From Stegostoma tigrinum (lineage: Eukaryota), in NCBI RefSeq assembly GCF_030684315.1, contig NC_081391.1:13865342-13929341 (forward strand): a stretch of DNA of 64,000 nt, given 5' to 3'. Both the position numbers and the translations under genes were made by a program. The notes beneath the pieces are model-generated. The model was not told where the DNA came from and did not search any database. It saw only the letters and a list, made by a program, of their open reading frames with translations. Numbering within the stretch: position 1 is the first letter of the stretch; each line of letters begins with the position of its first letter. Shown here piece by piece: positions 11,983 through 25,343 of this stretch.

Positions 11983-13395
11983 TAGAAAATAGAACCTAGA
12001 ACAGTGCAGCACAGTTCACGCCCTTCAGCCCACGATGTTGTTTCGAACTTTTATCCTAAACCCAAGGACGATCTCACCTCCACTACCTTATATCCATCTG
12101 CTTATCTAATAGCCGCTTAAAATCCCCTAACGAGGCCGACTCCACTGCACTCTCCGGCAATGCATTCCACGCCCCAGCCACTCTCTGAGTAAAGAACCTA
12201 CCTCTGACATCCACCCTATATCTACCTCCACTCACTTCAAAACTATGCCCCCTCATAATAGCTAACTCCATCCTAGGAAAAAGTCTCTGGCTGTCATATC
12301 TGCCTATACTTATGATCATTTTGTACACCTCTATCAAGTCACCTCTCATCCTTTGTTCTGAAGAGAAAAGCACTCGTTCTCTCAACCTTTCTTCGTAAGA
12401 CCTTCCCTCCATTCCAAGCAACATCCTGGTAAATCTCCTCTGCACCTTTTCTAACACTTCCACATCTTTCCTGGAATGAGGTGACCAGAACTGGACACAA
12501 TACTCCAGATGTGGCCGAACCAGGCTTTTGTATAGCTGGAGCATAACTTCACAGCTCTTGAAATCAATCCCTCTATGAATGAAAGCTAACACACCACATG
12601 CCTTCTTGACAACTCTATCCACCTGACTGGCAGCTTTCAGGGAACTGTGGACATGAACCCCGAGATCCATCTGCTCCTCCACACTGCCAAGAATCTTTCC
12701 GTTAACCCTGTATTCTGCTTTAAAATTTGTCCTTCCAAAAGGAATCACTTCACGCTTTTCAGGGTTAAACTCTGTCTGCCACTTCTTAGCCCCGCTCGGC
12801 ATCCTATCAATGTCCTTTTGTAACCTGGAACAGCCGTCCACACTATCCACAAGTCAAATCACCTTCGTATCTTCCAAAAACTTACTAATCCGCCATTCCA
12901 CTCCTACATCCAAATCATTTACCAAAATCGTAAATAGAAGAGGACCCTGAACAGACCCTTGAGGTACACCACTCGTAACTGAGCGCCATGTTGAATATTT
13001 TCAGTCAACTGTCACCCATGTCTTCTATGGGTCAGCCAATTCTGAATCCAATCTGTCTCATTTCCCCCGTCACATGCCTCCTGACTTTCTGCATGAGCCT
13101 GCCATGGGGAACCTTATCAAACGCCTTACTTCAATCCATGTATCCCACATTCACTGATCTACCTTCATCCACACGTTTGGTCATCCCTTCAAAGAATTCA
13201 ATCAGATTTGTGAGGCATGATGTACGCCTCACAAATCCACACTGGCCATCACAAATCATACTGTGCCTATCCAAGTGATCATTAATTCTGTTTCTTACAG
13301 CCCTTCCCATTAATTTGCCAACCACTGACATAAGACTAGCTGGCCTGTAATTTCCAGGGTTACCCCATTCCCTTTTTTGAACACATGAATAATAT
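11983..13395 (-). mobile_element. CR1 LINE, 5'-truncated, decayed
   Basis: Minus-strand ORFs PGNYRPASLMS, SCLTNLIEFFE, LVRPHLEYCVQFWSPH; TAGAA-repeat tail at ~11983-12000. Confidence 0.92.
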
Positions 13396-14159
13396 TCAAA
13401 CTTGTCATTCAAAGCTAAAAGATAGCACTAGACTGCATCCTGCTTTTTGAAGCAGATATTGAGTGAAAGTAACTTGCTTCCACCAGTCTGTACATCAGTG
13501 CTGTGATCATACTCGAACGTTCATTGGGGATCCTCAATTCCCAAAGCCTCACAGGCCACCAGTGCATGGGAGGCTGCTCCATTCAACATAGTTGCTGAGC
13601 CATACATTCTACAGAATGTAATGTAAACAGGACCAGCCACTCTCCATTTGGAAACATGCTGGAGTTAAGCTCTCGATCTACTTCAAACAAATAAAAACCA
13701 AACTTTGCGATAGAAAGTTTGCATGTGCTATACATTTCCAGCAGCAATGTAGACAGGGAGGTGTGAGGTCTACTATGCAGGAGAGGCACTCAGCACATTT
13801 AGCACCTTGCTTTTCAAACTGCACTTCATGAACCCAACGTCAAGGAGATCACAGCAGATTCAGAATGGATCCACAAAGGAATGAGCTTCCTGTATGAGGT
13901 AACCCAAAAGCACATTGTTTCTGTCGATGCACAGCAATAAGAAAATGTTTACTGTTAACAAAATCTGGCCATTTTTCAATGGGCTCCAACGCTGTTATTC
14001 AACAAGTACAAAGACTAATCCCTCAGAGTAACAAACTGACAGAATTCTGCCAATCTGTGATGAGTGTGTCTTAAGATATAATCTCAGATACAATCGTGAA
14101 CTTTTAGAGTATATTTTATTGTCATTTTCACAGAGAAATATTTCCAGGATTTGCACTTG

Positions 14160-14355
14160 TGCAGGAGGTCAAAGCTCATTCAGCAATTCCATCATCGACC
14201 AGTTGTCAATTCTGATCGTTTTCTGGATCCAATTCCCATCCTGCACTGATTGGACGTGGCAGCTGATCAATTGATGAATGAGAGTGATCGGCCATCACTG
14301 ATGATGTCATTTCCTGCTCAAGAAAATAAAGGGCTGCTGCTCGAGTATAAAAATT
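14160..14355 (+). promoter_or_regulatory. Conserved ferritin promoter, copy C
   Basis: AGGTCAAAGCTCA at 14166-14178; TATAAA at 14346-14351; same conserved block. Confidence 0.72.
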
Positions 14356-14448
14356 GTCCCAAGAGAGCGATGTTTATGGTGTAGTTGATCATCTTTCTAA
14401 GTTTGTTATTTGATTTTGGAGGAAAAGGAAATCTATTTTCTTCATAAA

Positions 14449-17400
14449 ATGGCCTCCCAGATCAGTCAGAACTATCACCAGGATTGTGAAGCTGCTGTCA
14501 ACAAGCAGGTTAATGTGGAGCTCACTGCCTCCTATCTCTATCAGTCTTTGGTGAGTTTTGTCTTGATGGAGTTGAAATTAAATCTATTCTGCAAAAATGA
14601 GCTGATCCTCTTGTTTCTAATTAACTTCATAGTCTTGTAGATTTGAGGAGTTTAAGTTTGCACCTTGAAAAATCATTTTGGGATAAATGTAATGCCCTTT
14701 GGTGACAATGGATTTTGATATTGATGTGCAGTATCTAATTCACCAGCTGGGATTGAGTGATAGATGGAGGGCAAATTGTTCTGTCAATTATTTTACAATT
14801 TACTGCCAGGTCTCTGCCTGGTGGTAACTGTCGTTTTCCTCCCCAGAATTGACCAAACTTTACTAAAATTAGATGTAATGGTGTTGGGAGTTGTAGGCAC
14901 CCCTTGGCTAGTCATCCTGTAACATTTTAATTTACCTTGATCACACTTAATTTGTGCTCTGATCCTAAATACACATGCCAGTTTCCATTCTGTGATGGAG
15001 AATGATGGCAGTGACTGGCTTCTCTGAGCATATGCACTTGTAACTTGCATTGAGGAGGCCTCAGATGTGGACTAGTTGGCTTTCTGCATTCTCAGTTCAT
15101 GAATGGACTGTTAGTGGCCAGGAAGTCACTTGTTGTCCATTCCTCCAATAGATCAATACCCTCCTGTGAGTGCATGCACAGGGTGTCTGGAATAACCTGA
15201 GATCTTCACTTCACCAAAAAAGGTGAAGAATTGGAGTTTCAAATTCCCACGGTATGGGAAATAGTGCCTTTCTCCAGGGAGCACTGTGCCTATGGCCTCT
15301 CAAAATGGCAGGCTATAATGGTTTGTAAATGTTGAAGCAGCTTTTGAAGGCTGCTAGATACCTGGTAGATAGTGGACACTGGGAGTGCATTCACTCACTC
15401 CCTTCAATGAGGTGGGCTGCTCTGTCCTGCATAGTGTCTACTTTGTGCATGTTGCAGCTCCACTTCTTGGGAAAAAGGGAGAATATTCATCCCTCCATGG
15501 GGCTTATGTCTGAGAAGCATTCTCTTCCCACTCTGAGGATGAAATCCCTGTACCCTTCCCTTTAGCAGGTGGGAACAGCTATCACCAATAAGCCTGTTGG
15601 GTCTTAACTGTTAGTGGTGTCCCATATCAATTGGGCAGCATGTGCCCAAACAACCTACTATTGTATATCTGTGAGATGCAGCTACCCGAGAAAAGCCAGA
15701 GAAATTTACATGACTGTTTTTTGACAAAAGAAACTTCTCAGCCTGATCAGTTGGAACTAGATAACCTGCTCTAACAAGGTGTAGAGCTGGATGAACACAG
15801 CAGGCCAAGCACCATCAGGGGGAGCAGGAAGGCTGATGTTTTGGGCCTGGACCCTTGAGAAATGGGGAGGGGAAGGGGTCCCTGAAATAGGAAGGGGTGG
15901 GGAGGTGAATGGATGAGGGATAAAGAAACAGGTGGTGAGGAGACTCCAGTCTGAGGTAAGGATGGAGCCAATCAAGTCAAGTGAGTTGAGTAGGCCTGTC
16001 CGTGGGGATGGGATTTGAGGTGGCGGGGGTCGGCGGGAGGTGGGGTGGTGTGGGGAAGTAGGTGGGAGGAAGGACGGACCAGTCGGGGAGGTGGGAACTA
16101 GCTGAGCTGTGATTGGGGGAAGGGAGATCTTTCAGCTTAAGTCCTCACTGATACCATTGGGCTGCAGGGTTCCCAAGCAGAATACAAGGTGCTGTTCCTG
16201 CAACCTTTGGGTGGCATTGGAGGCCCAGAATGAACATCAACTGTCCCCTCCTGCCCCTCTGAAGGGGAAGTAGTTTGTGACTGGGAGGTGCAGCTGCTGG
16301 TCACGAGCCCAGCATAGGCACTCCACAAAGTGGTGTCAAGCCTCTGCTCGGATTTCCTGATGTAGAGGAGGCCACATTAGGAGCAGTGGATACAGCATAC
16401 CTAACTGCAGGTGTGTAGGTCCACTTCATCTTGATGTGGAAGGTCTTGGGGCCTGGGATGAGGGGAGGTGTAGCACAATCTGTGTGGCAGGAAAAAAGCC
16501 CTGGCTAGTGGAATGTACAAGGGAATCAGTGGTCTCTCCAGAAGGCAGCTAAGGTTGGAGAGGTAAAACATGTCTTTGTCAGATTGTAGATTGTATAAGT
16601 GCCAGAGGATGATGCACTGGGTCCTGGCATTGAGGTGGTACTGAAGGATGAGAGGATTCTGTTTTGGTTGTGTGAGGGATAAGATGCAAGACCGGTTGTG
16701 TTTTTCTTCCACTAAAGGGAAGTTACGCTCCCTCGGAAAACGAGGACATCTGGGATGCCCAGGAGTAGAATGCCTCCCCTCGGGGCTGGAGGTGAAGGAA
16801 TTGGATTAGGGGATGGCGTTTTCCTTCCACAGGAAGGTGGGTAAGGTGTATTCTAGGTAGCTGTAGGAGTCAGTAGGTTTGAAATATATCAAAGATTGAT
16901 AGACAAACTTAAGGTTGAGGTAGAAGGCTCTAATGAATTAGAGGAACCGTTCAAGCTCCTTTGTGGGATGTAATGGAGGAAGATGTGGAGTTTATGGCCC
17001 ATCTCCCTGTAGAAGGATTGTTCCACAAATCCTAACAGAAGCAGGCACAGCCTGGGCCCATGCACGTGCCTATGGCCACCCCCTTCCTCTGTAGGAGGTG
17101 GGAGGAATTGAAGGAGAAGTTAGGGGTGAGGATGAGTTGGCTAGTGGACAAGGTTGTTGGTGAATGGGGACCAGTCAGACCTGCAGGATGAGAGAAGCAG
17201 AGGGCCTTCGGCTATCTCCATGGGGAATGGATGAGGTTGGAGGCTGTGGGTGGGAGGTCATCTCCAGTGAAGTTGTAAATGGACTAGGAGATGGTTTGGT
17301 GGTCAGGGGTGGAGTCATGATGAAGGGCGGGGTGGTAGGAGGTATCGGCTGCTCTTCCACACAAGTATATGTGGCACTCCAGCTCCTGGCATTTCCTTAA

Positions 17401-19021
17401 ACCCTGTTCAGTCACGAACTTCATCCAATTCTGATGGTGCTTAGAGTGGAAATGCTCTTCTCTCTACAGACAAGAACAGGCATGGTCAATTCACAGGTTT
17501 TGGTCAAGGAATTTCAAGTTTGCCTGGTTACCAGGAGGAGGCGAGGGTTGTTTTTGATGATCCTTGAACTGGAGCTACTGGCTAATTGGACAATGGTTCT
17601 CATCCACCTTGATGTATTTAAAAAAACATGTCATGTTTATTGACTTCTCAATTTGATTGAAGGCTAAACCAGTCATGTCTGGCACCAATTGCATAATGTT
17701 TAATGGTTGTAACTTGTTTTCTCCCAGATGTCCTACTTTGACCGGGATGATGTTGCCCTCCCCCATGTCTCCCAGTTCTTCCAAGATCAGTCCCAGGAGA
17801 AGCAGGAACATGCAGAGAAGCTGCTGAAATTCCAGAATCGGCGTGGAGGCAGAGTCCTCCTCCAGGATGTGAAGGCTGGTGTTGGGTTTTTGGGGTGGGG
17901 GGAGTTGGGTGGTAGAGAGTGGCTGCTCCTCAGGGATGGCACAGTGACTCGGTGTTTACCATGCATGCCTCAGTGCCAGGGATCCAAGTTTGGTTCTTGG
18001 TTCTAGGCTCCAGTGAACGACTGGAGTTTACTTGTTCTTGCCATGTCCACATTGGCTTCACGGTTCAATGACGTGTGGGTTAGAAGGATTGCCATTTAAA
18101 ATGCAGGGTTACAGGAATAAGGTGGGATTGTTCACAGAAGGGACTTGTAGCGACGAACGCAGTGGCCGTACCTGCTGATCGGGGATGAATAAAACGATGT
18201 AGTGACCTTTGTTATTGTCACCATGTGTCAAATAGCCTGTTCCCATGCTGCAGAGATTCTGAAGCTTACCTGTCCTTCTCTCCATCCCCAGAAGCCAGAG
18301 AGGGCTGAGTGGGGTAACAGCCTGCAGGCAATGCAGGTTGCCCTGGATCTGGAGAAGAATGTGAACCAGAGTTTGCTGGATCTCCACCAACTCGCCACAG
18401 CCCAGACTGACCCTCATGTGAGCTTTCCCACCTCCTCGTTCTGATCACTGCTAGGCCCTCAGGGCAACACCTCATTGGTCTTTTGTAGATTAAAATTCAC
18501 TGGGATACTTTGATCACAATATCATATCTGAACAGTATGTTCATTTAATCAACATTAAAACAGCTCAGCAATGAGCTGAAATGGGAATTTGGATTCAGTA
18601 CCACGAGTGATGTTGGCCACTGAATTCACTTTCAGGTCCACTTGCAGTAGAATGATCATTGTCTGTCACAGTTCAGCTCGGCTCCACTTCACAAACAACA
18701 AGGTGCATCTGGAATGTTACTGTCCTCCCTGGCGCAACATCTAGATGTCAGTGGCTTTTCCAGCTGTCGAGAGCCAGTTATGGTGGGGTCTGTTTCGCAG
18801 TGGGAATTCTGAAAATTTCCTGGATCATGCAAATGTACCAAGTTGCCATAATTCCTCTGTTGCAGCTGTGTGACTTCTTGGAGACCCACTATTTGGATGA
18901 GGAGGTGGAGATCATCAAGCAACTTGGGGACTACATCACCAACCTGAAGCGCCTGGGAGCCCCTGAGAATGGGATGGGAGAGTACCTGTTTGACAGGCTC
19001 TCCCTGGAGGACAGCAGTTAG
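14449..19021 (+). CDS. Ferritin subunit copy C; exons 14449-14550, 17728-17874, 18292-18417, 18866-19021; reading frame intact but the intron-2 donor is GC (AAG|GCTGGT)
   Basis: Four in-frame ferritin exons; TATAAA at 14346; donor at 17875 is GC where paralogues have GT; poly(A) hexamer is AGTAAA. Confidence 0.88.
15770..17350 (-). mobile_element. Decayed Penelope-like retroelement (RT + GIY-YIG endonuclease relics + terminal repeat) in intron 1 of copy C
   Basis: Minus strand at ~17030-17085 reads [10 protein letters not shown] (PLE RT motif GVAMGTRMGP); ~16350-16400 reads CIHCS*CGLLYI (GIY-YIG motif); 15775-15860 matches the fold-back element arm. Confidence 0.8.
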
Positions 19022-20610
19022 TGTGGCCTGGAGTACTGTCTGCTTGGTCTGAATGCATTCCCCACTTCACCCTGGGCAATCTGTCTCCTTCCAGGGAGAA
19101 GGGACTTGTAGCAAAGAATGTAATGGCTGTACCAGCTGAATGCAAATGAGTAAAATGATGTGTTTATCTTGGTTCTTGTCCATCATTCAGACAGCTGGAC
19201 GCTGCAGGTTCTCACCAATAGGCCTATGGGAAGAGATATCAGGCTCTGCTTTCTGCCCAGGTGCAGGAAACAGCTCAGCTGGGACTGAGATGAGTTCAAC
19301 CTGACTCGTATCCTCCCAATGGGCCCTGACATGACCAGCATATTCTGTTTTACATTTGCTACCTTTATCTCATGTGGACACAGCCTAAAGTTACTGGGAG
19401 CCGGTGAAGGTTCAAACCAAGGCCAGTACTGGTGGGCTGAGACCTACCCTGCCTTGTTACAGCCTACTGTAGTTGACAGCACTGAACAGTTCATTCCTCT
19501 TGTTGTGGGAGTTAAATATGCTGCTACCCTGAAGGGATCTTGGTGTAATTACCCTTAGCCTCGAGTCAATTCTCCTAGGAGCATTCTGAAGCTGGCCTAA
19601 TGTGGCTTTTGTCAGTTTACTTTCTCTGACCTGTTCCAACACCTTCATTGCTTTTCTCACCCCTCCCACCACCCCACTCCTAGCAATAAACTTCCACCCT
19701 GCCAGTCTACAGCTGGGAAAATTCAGCCCCAACATTGACAGCACCCATATTCCATGGAGTTAGCTCAGGAAATTATCTTGAACTGTTACATGCTCATGTA
19801 TGAGCTCAATACCACTTCGAGCACCATCACTGTGTCTTTTGGAGTAACACAGCAACACTCGTGGTTCAATGCTGCCATTTGATTGGCTCTTGCTGCTAAA
19901 GCCAGCATTGAGCACACTAAGCTGCTCCCTTGGTTCCTCTGTGCTTCACACACGCTGAGGGTTACTCCTGATGAAGGTAGATTTCACCCAATCACATTGA
20001 AGCATCAGTGCGACTTGGAGAGGAGACCGTGAGATGCTGACTTTCCTGTACGACTGCTTCTTCTATCTTTTTGAGGTGTCAGAGAGATGATGGGTTGAGG
20101 AGGGGGTGATCAGAGCCAGCCTGGGGATTGTTCCAGGGAGTTGTGTAGCGAGTGCACACTGCAGCCTTCACTGAAGGTGTGGGTCGTTCAGGCACTGAAT
20201 GTATTTGTTCCACTACATAAAGTGTTTTATTTCAAATAATCTTGAGTCTTGGCTGTAGAATCTGTGAATCCGTGCAGTGCAGGAAGAGTTTGTTCAGCCC
20301 ATTTAGTCTGCACTGATCCTCTGTCCTCTGAACAGCATCTTGTTCAGACACACCCTGTCTTCTTGCCCCCATCTTTCTATCCCACAGCCATTGCAAAGTA
20401 AACTGCATGTCTCTGGACTGTGGGAGGAAAGGAACCCACACAGACACGGGGACGATGTACAGCCTCGTCAGAGTCGCCCATGACTGGAATTACATGTGGG
20501 TCCCGGGCACTATGCAGCAGCAGTGCTCATCAGTAAGATACCATGCCCCCTAAAGTAACAAAAACAGGAGAAGGTGGTGAGGAAAGTAAAGCAAGCTTTT
20601 CCTTTATAAG

Positions 20611-23600
20611 ATGAGTTCCCAGATCAGTCAGAACTATCACCAGGATTGTGAAGCTGCTGTCAAAAGGCAGATTAATGTGGAGCTCACTGCCTCCGATCTC
20701 AATCACTCTTTGGTGAGTGCTGTCCCTGTGGGGTTAAAACTTGATCTATGTAGTTGAAGTAAATGTTTTCTCTTGAATTTAATTAACTGGACCCTCTCTC
20801 TTTGTAGATTGAGTTTTGTAGTCCTTTCCTAAATATTAATTCAGGATAAGGGCAATGTTACTGTACCAATGGGGTTTGATAATGATGTACTCTGAAGCTG
20901 GGTCCCAGTTGGCCTTCAGAGATATGTGGAGGATGAAGTGTCCCTGGAGAAATTTGCCAGTTTGGTGTTTGAATTGGCAGTAGATGTCATTCCCTCTAAG
21001 ATTACCAAATGTTGGTAGGGTTACTTCAGAAAGGTATTATATTGATCATACTGTGGGACTAGAATCACCCACTGGCTAGTTACCCTCTTTCTGACAGGTT
21101 TAAGTATCTGATTTTATATTTGCTTGCTTTTGTGGTGATACTTAAATATCAATTCTGATATTGACAATGATAATTCCCTATTGCAGTCTGCTGTGGCTAA
21201 TCTGAGCAAACCTACTTGAGGTTAGGCTGAGTGTGACTGGTATCTGACTTTTTAAAGTAGATCTCAGCTGAGGCCTGCTTGGCATTTTGCACTCCCATCA
21301 TGAGATGGGTGTGGCCTATCCCTGAACCTGTAGAAAGTTGATCTGCTTTAGTGTGTGGCGTGTTGAAGCTTCTGCAAACCATGTTTGCCTCCTGCCCCCT
21401 CACCCACACCCTGCATCCCCTCTAGCTGCTGGAGTCTGAGATTCATGGTCCAGTCTCTATGCCATCCTGATAGGGAACAAACTGTCCCCTTTAGCCAGGT
21501 GGCAGTGAACCTGTAACTTTCCAATGGGTAGAATGTTTCAGACAGTAGGAACAGCAGATGCTGGAGAATCTGAGATAACAAGGTGTAGAGCTGAATGAAC
21601 ACAGCAGGCCAAGCAGCATCAGAGGAGCAGGAAGGCTGATGTCTTGGGGCATGACCCTTCTGAAGGTGGGCCTAGGCCCAAAACAGCAGCCTTCCTGCTC
21701 CTCTGCTTGGCCTGATGTTTTCATCCAGCTCTACATCATCGTATCTCAAGGGGTAGAATGTGTTTGGAAGGTGTGTGTTGAAGTAACCTTGGTGAGTGCT
21801 GCAGGGGACCTGGTAGATAATGGACCCTGAAAGGAGGTGGTGAATGCAGTCCCCATGAAGTGGGCTGCTCTGTCCTGGATGGTGTCTGCATCTTGAATGT
21901 TGCAGCTCCACTTCCACAGACACATGGAGAATCTTCTTCACTCTCAGCTTTTGTCTGTTAGAAAGAAGATGTCTCATGACAGATGGATGAAGCCCGTATA
22001 AACTCCATTTGGGAGGTGGGTACAGCTTTCATTGGTGAGCCAGTTGACGGGTTTTAATTACTGACCAGGGTCCCATTTCCCTTGGGGAACACGTGTGCCA
22101 ATTATAAAATCCTTCCTATTCTCTCCTGCCACAGCTTGTCCCTACCCCGTTAAACAGACAAGAAATTTTGTTTGACTGCTTCTACATGAAGACAATAACT
22201 TCCCACCAGGCTTCCTCGACAACAAAACTCTTAGCTCCTGTTTCAAATATCAGAAGAATAGCCCTTCATAAACCTCAAGGCATTGGATTGTGAATATCTC
22301 GGTTCGGAAGTGAGTCACATATGGGTGGACAAACAACAGAACGGTGCCAGCTGGGATAAGCCAAACTTTGTTGTCCAGCTTTGTGTTAACTAGTGACGTT
22401 AGATCAGCCATTATCTGTAGATACAGGTCACATTGGTTCTTTCTCTCCAATATTTGACCTTCCCTCAGTTTGATTCAATTTGTTTTGTTCATGTGACCCT
22501 TGTTCTCCCCCTTCTGGATGTGAGTGCACTAATTTTAGTGTGCTATAAACTATAACTGCAACAATCCAGAGGCAGTTACTGGGTAGGTTTTCCTTTGCAC
22601 TATCTTGTTGTCGCTTTCTCTCATTCGCCTCTATTATATCTTGTAGTCATAAAATATACCGTACATTCAATCTCCCTGGTTTTGAGGCCACAGAAACCTT
22701 GCTTCCTCCTGGTTATATTGTTACAGCAGTGTCTAACATGTATTTCCATGCCAGCCCCAAAGGAGCAATAGTGTTACAGCTCCCCTACTCAAGTATAGCC
22801 TGCACTCCAGCTCCTGGTGCTTGTTTCAGCTGTTTGTTTGGCACTAATATTGTCCAATTCGAATGAAGGTTAGTGAGTGCAAACATGGCTGGATACAAGA
22901 AGAGCTATAATGCTGTGCCAGGCAGCCTGAGCAATTTACTGTTTGTTTTAAGCCAAACTTTTGCCAGTTTCCAACAGGAAATTGGGATTGTTCTGTTTGA
23001 TCCCAGTTGAAGGATCTGCTGGACAGCTGGACATCATTGGGTTCTCAAACATGTTCACATACCAGGCAGTTAGTTTGCTGCAGAAGGCTGAACTAGAATT
23101 TGGAGTCAGTGCTGTGTTTAATGGGCTTTAACATGTTATCTCCCTTCCAGATGTCCTACTTTGACCGGGATGATGTGGCCCTCCCCCACTTCTCCAGGTT
23201 CTTCAAAGATCAGTCCCGGGAGAAGCAGGAACATGCAGAGAAGCTGCTGAAATTCCAGAATCAGCGTGGAGGCCGAGTCCTCCTCCAGGATGTGAAGGTT
23301 GGAGTTGGGTGGGAGGGTTGCAGCTGTGGAGGAGAGAATGGCAGCTCTTGTGGTGCTGCGTCCTGTTGGGATGTGAAAATCCTATTTTGGCATGGCTTCC
23401 CTGTTTGATTTCTTTTGAAGGCAGTTTCTAAACAAGCCCTATTGTCCACCATGTCTATGCTGCCCACAAACATCAAACTAGATTAACACAATTTCCTGCA
23501 CTTAGTCCACAGCCGACTATCTTCTGGCATGAAGAAGTTGTTGAGATTAGCCTTCAATGTTGCTGGAGTAACTGCCTCCACTGACCCCACAGGTAATGCA

Positions 23601-25343
23601 TCCCATACCTCTCCCACCCTCGACTGGGTGGGTGGGTCCTCCAATCTCCTCAAACCTGTGCCATCTGGTCTTCATGTCTGCCATGGGGACTGTGTATTGT
23701 CCATCCTCCCTGATCTTCCACACTTCCATCAGATCACCATCCCAGGCTATCCAACCTCCCTCTCATCATTGTATTTTTGTTGTCTTTTTTTGCTTCCATC
23801 TTGGGCCAACATCCTGATGACCCTCACCTGTACCCCCTGCAGTGCCACCTTGTCCCTCTGATGGTGGTTCTGGTCACCACACTACATTCCATCTTTGGTC
23901 TGGCCAATGCTGCCATGTTTGTGGCAAGACTCATCCTTTCTACTGAGCCCCAAATCATGGAGACCAGCATCATGTCAGCCCCTTGCCCACTCTGTCTACC
24001 TTTGCTGAACCTTGAGGGATGGACTTGGGCATTTGTTGCTTGTCCCTTTTACTGTAAGCACATTGCTCCCTTCAATGAATTAAATAGTAGTGATGTCTGA
24101 TCATCCTGCTCAGACATGGATGAAGCCACCAGCACAGGTGAGACATAGATGCCTGGCCTGCAAGGTGCAGATTGGTACTCTACCTCAAGAGCCCTTGAGA
24201 CTAAGGTGTCAATGTCCTCATCTAAATGCCAAATGGGCACTGGTGCAAACAGTTGAACTTTGTGTGAAATAAATCCCTAGCCCACAATGACTTCATGCTT
24301 CAGATCAAGGATAAATGGAGCAAAGTGAAGTCACTTCACAAGTAATGAATGTGGGTTTTAGGGGTGGCACAGTTGCTCAGTGCCAGGGACACAGGTTTAG
24401 CTCTGGCCTCTGATGACTGGTGATTACATGTTCAGGTTTCTTCCTACAGTCCAAATATGGGCAGGCTGGGTGAAGTAGCCATGGGGGAATTGCAGTGCAA
24501 ATGGCTCAGGTAAATCTGAGATCTTCTTCAGAAGGTTGATTGCAGACTCAATGGGCTGAATGGCCTGCTCCCATGCTGCGGCGAGTCTCTGATTCTGAAG
24601 CTTAACTGTTCCTGTTTCCATCCTCAGAAGCCTGAGAGGGATGAGTTGGGTAACAGTCTGCAGGCAATGCAGGTTGCCCTGGATGTGGAGAAGAATGTGA
24701 ACCAGAGTTTGCTGGATCTACACCAACTCGCCACAGCCCAGACTGACCCTCATGCAAGCTTCACCTCTTCATTCTCATCACTGCCAGGCCTCCTCAACTT
24801 CATTGGTTGGTCTTTGTGGAGTGGAAATTCACAGACGTAACTTTGTCCAGATGCTACATTGTACCTTTGTCATCATAATTATGATGACAATGTTAAACTG
24901 CTCAACACCGAACTGAAATAGGAATTTGGATTACAGTCTGGTGGGAATGCTGATGTGACTTTTTTGACTGCTGAATTGGGGATTGTTGCACTATACAATA
25001 CAACTTGGAGCTCTTTAAGAAGGTGAGATGAAGCAGCTGAAATGTGCTCACTGGCACAAATTCTCCACCTGTTAGCTAGATTTTCAGGGCTGTCTAGAGC
25101 TCGTTATGGCTCAGTCTTTTTCAGTAGGAATTGTGAAGTTGTCTTGGATAGTATAAATGTACCAAGTGTCATATTCCTCTGTTGCAGCTGTGTGACTTCC
25201 TGGAGACTCACTATTTGGATGAGGAGGTGGAGATCATCAAGCAACTCGGGGACTACATCACCAACCTGAAGCGCCTGGGAGCCCCTGAGAATGGGATGGG
25301 AGAGTACCTGTTTGACAGGCTCTCCCTGGAGGACAGCAGTTAG
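20611..25343 (+). pseudogene. Ferritin copy D, probable pseudogene; exons 20611-20712, 23151-23297, 24628-24753, 25188-25343
   Basis: Frame is open, but the whole conserved promoter is missing upstream of ~20570. Exon 1 reads ...[18 protein letters not shown] (both conserved Tyr lost), conserved Trp->Leu in exon 3, intron-3 donor is GC (CAT|GCAAGC). Confidence 0.75.
21537..21746. mobile_element. Short fold-back Penelope-derived insertion (older subfamily) with ~15-bp TSD, intron 1 of copy D
   Basis: Imperfect inverted arms; flanked by CAATGGGTAGAATGT (21522-21536) and CAAGGGGTAGAATGT (21747-21761); truncated duplicate at ~54505-54637. Confidence 0.8.

Larger units (their letters stand above)
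1..14330 (+). repeat. Segmental duplication block 1a (recurs at ~39897-53990)
   Basis: Window start GGGCACTACCACTGTACCATGACAGCATTTAGG recurs at 39897; collinear genes, introns and both CR1 insertions. Confidence 0.9.
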
